From Dehalococcoidia bacterium (lineage in GTDB: Bacteria > Chloroflexota > Dehalococcoidia > Lucifugimonadales > UBA3495): DNA of 64,000 nt. Both the position numbers and the translations under genes were made by a program. The DNA lies in contig CBDFLG010000001.1 in NCBI GenBank assembly GCA_965249065.1, forward strand, positions 421,084 through 485,083, written 5' to 3'. Under the pieces are notes generated by a model. The model saw only the letters and a list, made by a program, of their open reading frames with translations, did not search any database and was not told where the DNA came from. Positions 57,924 through 64,000 of this stretch are shown in pieces; within the stretch, counting starts at the first letter, position 1; the number at the start of each line of letters is the position of its first letter.

Positions 57924-58225
57924 ACAGCCACGACCTTCATTTTTACGGTGTAGACCGGAAGTCTGGAATTTTCGGTACTTGAGATCGGGCTTGGGATAAT
58001 GGAACTGAAGGGCCTGTTTCACAAGCAGAGGCCCCCGCAGGAAATCGGGGGCCGTTTCCGATCGCGCTCTTTGTCAGGAACCACCCGGACCAAATACCCG
58101 GCTAAGTTATCACTAACGGGCCGCCTTGAAAAGGATAGCACAAGACGGCCGGGGCCTTTCGGCGGTTCTTGGCAGCCCCTTCTCTCCGGGGAGAAGGGAC
58201 TGCAATCCAAAAGCGCCCACCCATC

Positions 58226-59251
58226 TTAGTATTCGACGCGGTAGACGCGGGCCGCTACGTCGTGGAACATATCGGCCTGCTCGGAAGCCGAGTATTGGGT
58301 GCTCAGCCGCTTGAAAGCGTTGTACATCACCGTGTAGGAATAGGAGACCTTGTCCACTGGGAAGTTGCTCTCGAACATACAGCGGTTGGGGCCGAACTGT
58401 TCTATGCAGTAATCTATGATGGGCTTCATGTCCGCTGCCAGTTCTTCGGAGCCGATGGGCCGGGTGCGGGTGTGCCAGTCGAAGCCGGTGCGGGGCATTC
58501 CGATGCCGCCCAGCTTGACGACAACATTGGGGCAGGAAGCGGCGGCGGCGATGCCCTTGCGCCACGTCTCCATGACCTCGCCGTCGCGGCCGGCGTATGG
58601 GCCGTCCCGCAGCAGCCCGCCGATGTGGTTCAGGATGATGGTCAGGTTGGGCACGGCGCGGGCGAACTCGGCCAGTTCCGTCATCTGGGGGAAGAACATC
58701 CAGCCTTCCAGCGTCAGGCCCATATCGGCCAGCACCTTGGCGCCGGCGCGGAAGTTGTCGCTGCTCATCTGGCCTTCGGCCTTATGGGCCGCGGTGTTCT
58801 CCACCTCCGGGTTCGGGTCCCAAGTGACCGAGTGGCGGATGCCCCGGAAGCGGTTGGGGCTGGCCGCCTGCAACGCTTCCAGCACCGGGCGCACGTTTTC
58901 GCCCAAGTTCAGGTTGGCATGGCCGACGATGGACGCCGCCGCCCTGGACGAGCCGTATAGTCCGGTGGCGCTGGCCGCCGCCAAGCCCTGCACGAACTCC
59001 ACCTCGCCCACCGGGCGCAGTTCTTCGGGGCCGCCGGTGCGATACATTGAGCGGGCCTCGACGAACACCGTCGAGCGCACGTTGTGGCCGCCGTTCAGGT
59101 CGTCGGCCAGTTCGTGGAGCAGATAACGCTGGTAGGGGATTCGTTCGGTGCGGAAGTCCCAGAAATGATGATGCGGGTCGCAGATGGGCATCTCCGGTTC
59201 CAGAGCCTCCTCCGGGGTCAAGGCAAGCCAGTCGTTGCCTCCAAACGGCAT
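58226..59251 (-). CDS. Amidohydrolase-2 family protein (lactonase / PDC-hydrolase-like)
   Basis: 341 aa: MPICDPHHHFWDF...LNHIGG...FESNFPVDK. Confidence 0.8.
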   Translation of the reverse strand: MPFGGNDWLALTPEEALEPEMPICDPHHHFWDFRTERIPYQRYLLHELADDLNGGHNVRSTVFVEARSMYRTGGPEELRPVGEVEFVQGLAAASATGLYGSSRAAASIVGHANLNLGENVRPVLEALQAASPNRFRGIRHSVTWDPNPEVENTAAHKAEGQMSSDNFRAGAKVLADMGLTLEGWMFFPQMTELAEFARAVPNLTIILNHIGGLLRDGPYAGRDGEVMETWRKGIAAAASCPNVVVKLGGIGMPRTGFDWHTRTRPIGSEELAADMKPIIDYCIEQFGPNRCMFESNFPVDKVSYSYTVMYNAFKRLSTQYSASEQADMFHDVAARVYRVEY

Positions 59252-59313
59252 GAGCGGGCCTCCATATCAAACGCTTCAGGAATGAGGACGGCCCAATGAT
59301 AGCACAAAAAAAT

Positions 59314-59347
59314 CCCTCTCCATTGGGAGAGGGTCAGAGTAAGGGGA
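59314..59347 (+). repeat. Hairpin repeat family 2, copy next to tRNA-Pro
   Basis: CCCTCTCC-ATTG-GGAGAGGG followed by TCAGAGTAAGGGGA. Confidence 0.75.
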
Positions 59348-59385
59348 AATCGTATGCTGCAAGCGACGGGCGGATAGGAAGAAGT

Positions 59386-59461
59386 TGGTCGGGGTGAGTG
59401 GATTCGAACCACCGGCCTCTACGTCCCGAACGTAGCGCGCTAGCCACTGCGCTACACCCCG
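59386..59461 (-). tRNA. tRNA-Pro (anticodon CGG), CCA encoded
   Basis: Own fold of the 76-nt sequence: acceptor CGGGGTG/CACCCCG, D arm GCGC-AGTGGCTA-GCGC, anticodon arm CTACG-TTCGGGA-CGTAG, T arm GGTGG-TTCGAAT-CCACT, discriminator A, then CCA. Confidence 0.95.
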
Positions 59462-59546
59462 ATGAAGTTATTTTAACACAGAGAGCGCAAAGCGCACAGA
59501 GGAATAATGATTCCTTTCCTCTGTGCGCCCTCGGTTTCGCCGGACT

Positions 59547-60137
59547 CTAGCTGTCCAGCATCTCCTGCGCCTGCTCGATGAGGGTTTCTTCGGTCAGGGC
59601 GCCGGTCCACTTGTTGTGGATGGAGCCGTCGGCATTGATGAAGACGGTGGTGGGCAGGGCCAGGACTCTGTACTTGGGGAGCACATCCGAGTCCTCGGTG
59701 TAGCCCGCCGGGAAGCTGACGCCAAGTTCGGCCAGCAGTTCCCGGCCCTGCTCCGGAGTTCCTTGTTTGGTGAACTGGCCCAAATCCACACCCAGCACCA
59801 GTATCTCGTCGCGGTACTCGCCGTAAAATTTCTGGAACTCCGGCAGCTCGGCGCGGCAGGGCGGACATTCCGCGGCCCAGAAGTTGAGCACCACCGGCTT
59901 TTCGCCTACCAGCGACGCCATCGCCACCTGTTCACCGCCCAATATGTCCTGCCCCTGCGACACCATGATGGGGAAGTCGGGCGCCGTTTCCTTGTCGCTG
60001 CCGACTCCATTTCCGCTGCCGGAATCGCCGCCGACTCCATTTCCGTTGCCGGAATCGCCGCCGCACGCCACCAGCAGCGCCAACGCCAGTAGCAACGCCG
60101 CCGCTATCATTATCCCCGTCCGGTTTTTGCAAATCAT
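59547..60137 (-). CDS. TlpA/ResA-type thiol-disulfide oxidoreductase lipoprotein
   Basis: 196 aa: signal LLLALALLVACGG, Gly/Asp/Ser/Asn repeat linker, and thioredoxin motif VVLNFWAAECPPCRAELPEF. Confidence 0.85.
   Translation of the reverse strand: MICKNRTGIMIAAALLLALALLVACGGDSGNGNGVGGDSGSGNGVGSDKETAPDFPIMVSQGQDILGGEQVAMASLVGEKPVVLNFWAAECPPCRAELPEFQKFYGEYRDEILVLGVDLGQFTKQGTPEQGRELLAELGVSFPAGYTEDSDVLPKYRVLALPTTVFINADGSIHNKWTGALTEETLIEQAQEMLDS
60001..60060 (-). repeat. 2 x 30-bp tandem repeat in the TlpA linker
   Basis: CCGACTCCATTTCCGCTGCCGGAATCGCCG and CCGACTCCATTTCCGTTGCCGGAATCGCCG (29/30). They encode GDSG(N/S)GNGVG. Confidence 0.85.
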
Positions 60138-60148
60138 CTCTGTGTTCT

Positions 60149-60180
60149 CCCCTCACCCTGTACCTCTCCCTATGGAGAGG
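60149..60180 (-). repeat. Hairpin repeat family 2, copy upstream of the tlpA-like gene
   Basis: CCCCTCACCCTGTACCTCTCCCTATGGAGAGG, in the same orientation and architecture as the copy at 19421-19458. Confidence 0.7.
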
Positions 60181-60399
60181 GAATTTGTTGGCGCGTAGCC
60201 CCGTCAGTCCAAGATTTCCTCGACGTTCTCCCTTAAATCGTTCTCCCACAGGCCACCGGATACCTTGGAGCGATAATGCCTGTTGTTCTTGTAGCCTGTT
60301 GTTCTGGTAGAAGGAAGTAGTGGGCAATAGTTTTATTTCATACTCTTCAATAACTTGACCCTCTCTCCGGATAGGAGAATCTCCTATTTCCGTTTGAGT

Positions 60400-63300
60400 T
60401 TATCCCGCGGCGGCGTCTGCGGCCAGTTGACGCATATTGTCCATAAAGACTTGCAGCCGCTCCAGCGTCCGGGTGAGGCGGGTGAGCCATTGGTCGCCCA
60501 GAGGGCGGAGGGGCATCTGGATTTGCGCGTTGCCTACTTGGGCCGCCGGGCCTAGGGCGCGCTGCAAGGGGCTTTTAGCGCCGCCCACTGGGTTCCTCAA
60601 TGATATTACGATGGACTCGGTGGTGCGGATTACCGACTCGGCCCCGGCGGCCCCGGCGATGGCGCGGATTTCGGCCACTTTCAGCAGGCTTTCCACCTCG
60701 TCCGGGACGGGGCCGAAACGGTCGCGCAGCTCTTCGCGTATCTCCGGGAGTTCACGGCGCTGGGTCAGTTTCGCCAGCCGCTGATAGACCGACAGGCGTG
60801 TCGGCAGATGCCCGATGTAGTCGTCCGGGATGCCGGCGTTCAGTGGCAGTTCAATGCGGGGCGGCTCTTCCGTGCCCGGCTCCGGGCCGGACAGGGCCGA
60901 CTGCCCCCCTTCCCGCTCCAGTTCCCGCACCGCTTCATGGAGCAGTTGGGTGTAGAGGTCGAGGCCGACCTCCTGAATGTGGCCGCTCTGGTCGGCCCCT
61001 AGGATGTTGCCCGCGCCGCGAATCTCTAGGTCGCGCATGGCGATGCGGAACCCGGCGCCGAGTTCCGACGCCTCTAGGATCGCCTGCAAACGCATTTCGG
61101 CGGCCTCGGTTATGCGCCGCCCCCGGGGGGCCAGCAGGTAGGCATAGGCGCGATGCTGGCCGCGTCCGACCCGGCCCCGTAGCTGGTAGAGCTGCGCTAG
61201 GCCGAAGCGGTCGGCCCGCTCCACGATTAGCGTGTTGACATTGGGCATATCGAGGCCCGATTCGATGATGGTGGTGCAGACCAGAACGTCGGCCTGGCCG
61301 TTGGCGAAGTCCATCATCACGTCTTCCAGATCCGACTCCGCCATCTGGCCGTGTCCCACCACGACGCGGGCCTGCGGGACCAGCTCGCGGATGTCCCCGG
61401 CAGTCTGATGGATACTCCTGACCCGGTTGTGGAGATAAAAGACCTGCCCGCCGCGCTCCATTTCTCTCAGAATGGCTTCCTTGACCACGTCTTCCGAGTA
61501 TTCGGAGACGAAGGTCTTGACCGGCAGCCGCTCCTCGGGGGCCGATGACATCGACGACAGGTCGCGCAGACCGGACATCGCCATGTTCAGCGTTCGCGGG
61601 ATGGGCGTTGCGCTCAGCGTCAACACGTCCACTTGGCGGCGAAGCTGCTTCAGCCGCTCCTTGTGGCTTACGCCAAAACGCTGCTCCTCGTCCACCACGG
61701 CCAGCCCCAGGTTCTTGAACTGCACGTCCTTTTGGAGCAGGCGGTGGGTACCAATTACGATGTCCACGTCTCCGGCCTTCAACCCCTCGATGACCTGCTG
61801 CTGCTCCTTGGGCGTGCGGAAGCGGCTGAGCACCTCGACGCGCACCGGAAAGGGGCTAAGCCGTTCGGTAAAGGTGGCATAGTGTTGCTGGGCCAGCACG
61901 GTGGTCGGCACCAGCAGGCCCACCTGCATACCGTCGCTGACTGTCTTGAAGGCCGCCCGGAGCGCCACCTCGGTCTTGCCATAGCCAACGTCCCCGCAGA
62001 TGAGCCGGTCCATTGGCTGTGTCCGCTCCATGTCGGCCTTGACGTCCATGATGGCGTTGGCTTGGTCGGGGGTCTCGACGTAGGGGAAGGAGTCCTCCAG
62101 TTCCTGTTGCCACGCGGTATCCGGGCTGAATTCGTGGCCTTGGGCAATCTGCCGGGCTGCGTTGAGACGGATGAGTTCCTGGGCCATTTCCCGCGCCGCG
62201 CCCTTCACCCGCTGCTTGATGCGGTTCCAGTCGGCTGCGCCCAGGCGGGTCAGGGCCGGCTCGTGTTCCTGGGCGCCCACGTAGGCGCTGACCCGGTCCA
62301 GATGGTCGGTCGGCACATAGAGCCGGTCGCTGTCGGCGTATTCGAGAACCAGATATTCCCGGTCTTCGCCGCCGTCGCCCATGCGCGTGGTACCGGCGAA
62401 CCGGGCTACGCCGTGGTCTATGTGAACAACGAACACTCCCGGCTCCAGATCGGCCAGCGATATGTCCGGCCCGCGTTCGGCGCGGCGAGGACGGCGCTGC
62501 CGGCGCTCCTTGGCTGTGCCGAACAGCTCGGTGTCGGTTAGCAATTCCAGCCGGGCCACTCCGTTCCGCCTTGCCGCCCGGCCCTTGCCATTCCGGCCCG
62601 GCTTACCCGAAGTCCCTCCTTCGGCCGGGAGTTCGATGGTCCAGCCGTTGCGCAGAGAGCCGGAAACGATGCAAACCTCGTCCGGAGCGGGGGTGTCCTC
62701 CAGCGCGTCAAGCACCGATGCGCTAATCCCCTGCTGCTCTAGGATTTCGGCGAGCCGGCGGGCGTGTTGAGTCACGGCCACCAGCGCCGCGCCCCTGCCC
62801 TGCCTCTGCCGCAGGTCCTCCGAAAGTTGCTCCAGCCTCCCGTAGTAAGGAGTGGCGGGCAGGAAAACGTGGTCGTCCTCTTCGCCGACCCAGGTTTGCA
62901 GGTCCACTCGCCGGAGGCTGCCGAGGCGAGCAGAGAACTCCTCCCAGCTCATGTAGGGCGAGGGGAAGTTGCCCGGCAGTTCGCCCCGCTCCTCCCGGGC
63001 CGCCCGCATCCGCCCGAAGCGTTCTTCCAGTTCCGACGCCTCGGCTTCCACGCGACCGCCCCGCTCAAGCAATACGGTTGCGTTTGGCCCCAAGTATTCC
63101 AGCAGTGGCGTGCGATTCACCAGCCCGCTGTAGAAGGAGAGGGTTTCCTGGTTGCTTTCCAAGCCGCCAGGGTCGGTCAGCGTTTGCAGGTCTTCTTCGA
63201 TGCGCTCTTGGACGGCGGGGCTGCAACGGGAGAAGTCCATCGCACCGGCCCTGGCGGCCAGCGCTGGCGCGTCCGCCTGCCCCTGTAATTGCTCGCGGGC

Positions 63301-64000
63301 GGGAATGGGCCGCACTTCGTCTGCCGCTCCCACCGACCGCTGGGTCAGCGGATCGAAGCGCCGGATGGTATCTATTTCGTCGTCGAACAGTTCGATGCGC
63401 AGCGGCAGTTCGCAGTTGGGCGGAAAGATGTCGAGAATTCCCCCGCGGTGGCTGAACGAGCCGGGCGAGTCCACCACCGGCTCGTGGCGGTAGCCCAGGT
63501 CCACCCACTGCGACAGTACGGCGTCCAGCCGCACCCGGTCGCCCACCCGCCAGACGCAAGGAGCCGCCCATTCCGGGTTGCCCGGAGGGTGGGCGGCAGA
63601 GAGCAGCCGCCCGGCCATCAACTCCGGCGGCGCGGTGTAGAGCAGCGCTGAGCCGATGGAGCAGACCACCAGGGGCGGATGGCAATGTTCCCCGCCGGAC
63701 TCCGCAATTTCGTGCTCTTTGCCGCCCTCTTCGTCGCAGACTTGACGGGCCGAGGCCAGGGCAGCAAGGGCGGCCAGGCGTTGATTGCCGGTGTTGGCGT
63801 CGACGGCCAGCCGCTCGAAAGGCAGCACTTCCGGCTCCGGCAGCAGATGGACCGCCGCATCTTCGCCCAGCCAACTCAGCATCTGGTCGTGCAGGCGGCG
63901 GGCGTCCTCCGGGCGCGGGGCGATTACCAGCAGCGGCCCTGGCCGGCGCCTGACCAGCGAGGCGATGAACGCCGGCCTGGCCCCTTGCCGCACCGTGGCC
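60400..64000 (-). CDS. mfd: Transcription-repair coupling factor Mfd, N-terminus beyond the window
   Basis: ORF longer than 1197 aa and still open at base 64000. CarD-like domain (VVHIDHGVARF), helicase motifs (GDVGYGKTEVALRAAF, VVDEEQRFGV, LSATPIPRT) and a TRCF C-terminal domain. Confidence 0.95.
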   Translation of the reverse strand, partial: ATVRQGARPAFIASLVRRRPGPLLVIAPRPEDARRLHDQMLSWLGEDAAVHLLPEPEVLPFERLAVDANTGNQRLAALAALASARQVCDEEGGKEHEIAESGGEHCHPPLVVCSIGSALLYTAPPELMAGRLLSAAHPPGNPEWAAPCVWRVGDRVRLDAVLSQWVDLGYRHEPVVDSPGSFSHRGGILDIFPPNCELPLRIELFDDEIDTIRRFDPLTQRSVGAADEVRPIPAREQLQGQADAPALAARAGAMDFSRCSPAVQERIEEDLQTLTDPGGLESNQETLSFYSGLVNRTPLLEYLGPNATVLLERGGRVEAEASELEERFGRMRAAREERGELPGNFPSPYMSWEEFSARLGSLRRVDLQTWVGEEDDHVFLPATPYYGRLEQLSEDLRQRQGRGAALVAVTQHARRLAEILEQQGISASVLDALEDTPAPDEVCIVSGSLRNGWTIELPAEGGTSGKPGRNGKGRAARRNGVARLELLTDTELFGTAKERRQRRPRRAERGPDISLADLEPGVFVVHIDHGVARFAGTTRMGDGGEDREYLVLEYADSDRLYVPTDHLDRVSAYVGAQEHEPALTRLGAADWNRIKQRVKGAAREMAQELIRLNAARQIAQGHEFSPDTAWQQELEDSFPYVETPDQANAIMDVKADMERTQPMDRLICGDVGYGKTEVALRAAFKTVSDGMQVGLLVPTTVLAQQHYATFTERLSPFPVRVEVLSRFRTPKEQQQVIEGLKAGDVDIVIGTHRLLQKDVQFKNLGLAVVDEEQRFGVSHKERLKQLRRQVDVLTLSATPIPRTLNMAMSGLRDLSSMSSAPEERLPVKTFVSEYSEDVVKEAILREMERGGQVFYLHNRVRSIHQTAGDIRELVPQARVVVGHGQMAESDLEDVMMDFANGQADVLVCTTIIESGLDMPNVNTLIVERADRFGLAQLYQLRGRVGRGQHRAYAYLLAPRGRRITEAAEMRLQAILEASELGAGFRIAMRDLEIRGAGNILGADQSGHIQEVGLDLYTQLLHEAVRELEREGGQSALSGPEPGTEEPPRIELPLNAGIPDDYIGHLPTRLSVYQRLAKLTQRRELPEIREELRDRFGPVPDEVESLLKVAEIRAIAGAAGAESVIRTTESIVISLRNPVGGAKSPLQRALGPAAQVGNAQIQMPLRPLGDQWLTRLTRTLERLQVFMDNMRQLAADAAAG

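Noticed and set aside
59386-59461. tRNA-Pro as an integration site of a genomic island or prophage
   Set aside because: No integrase, no phage genes, and no direct repeat of the tRNA 3' end were detected on either side within the window.

Overview
This is a 64-kb GC-rich bacterial chromosomal segment, gene-dense on both strands. I count about 60 protein genes and one tRNA (tRNA-Pro CGG). I found no rRNA, CRISPR array, integrase or intact IS element.

Most genes encode catabolic or redox enzymes:
- benzoyl-CoA epoxide (box) pathway genes bclA-boxB-boxC, a PaaK-type ligase and a crotonase;
- several luciferase-like/F420-type and NtaA-type flavin oxidoreductases;
- two amidohydrolases, an amidase and a GMC oxidoreductase;
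- a split sulfopyruvate-decarboxylase-like TPP enzyme.

Transporters comprise two MFS genes and two paralogous TRAP sets with lipoprotein-tethered binding proteins.

Selfish or defence-type modules are unusually dense:
- toxin-antitoxin pairs HigBA, ParDE and HicB with a degenerate HicA;
- a DUF2442 gene next to a DUF4160 remnant;
- a RelE-like two-gene island and a DUF5678 plus retropepsin pair;
- three Uma2 endonuclease genes;
- three DNA-methyltransferase genes, one fused to a PD-ExK nuclease at the window edge and one fused to an Mrr-like nuclease.

Gene content, lipoprotein-type solute receptors and the intergenic hairpin repeats suggest a monoderm Chloroflexota-like organism, possibly a marine SAR202-like one. 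This is inference only.

Main hunting results:
1. Two genes carry an in-frame UGA exactly at a redox-active Cys position. One is a peroxiredoxin-like protein (W-U-PYC) and the other an AhpD-like protein (C-GV-U-VRFH). They lie 2 kb apart with a DinB-type thiol enzyme between them. I read this as a probable selenocysteine-dependent Prx/AhpD peroxide-detoxification module that ORF callers split or truncate.
2. A beta-class methyltransferase is fused to an Mrr-like nuclease and has a near-consensus promoter.
3. Two AT-richer islands of uncharacterised genes are present: 21.2-22.3 kb (RelE-like gene plus a 211-aa partner) and 41.0-44.1 kb (four secreted or membrane proteins).
4. A near-identical tandem duplication of a Uma2 gene plus a MITE-like element lies inside a TRAP locus.
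5. There are at least three families of hairpin repeats. One copy lies in frame inside an MFS transporter gene.

Coordinates of small motifs were indexed by hand and may be off by 1-2 nt. No database search was possible, so all family assignments rest on motifs I recognise in the translations.
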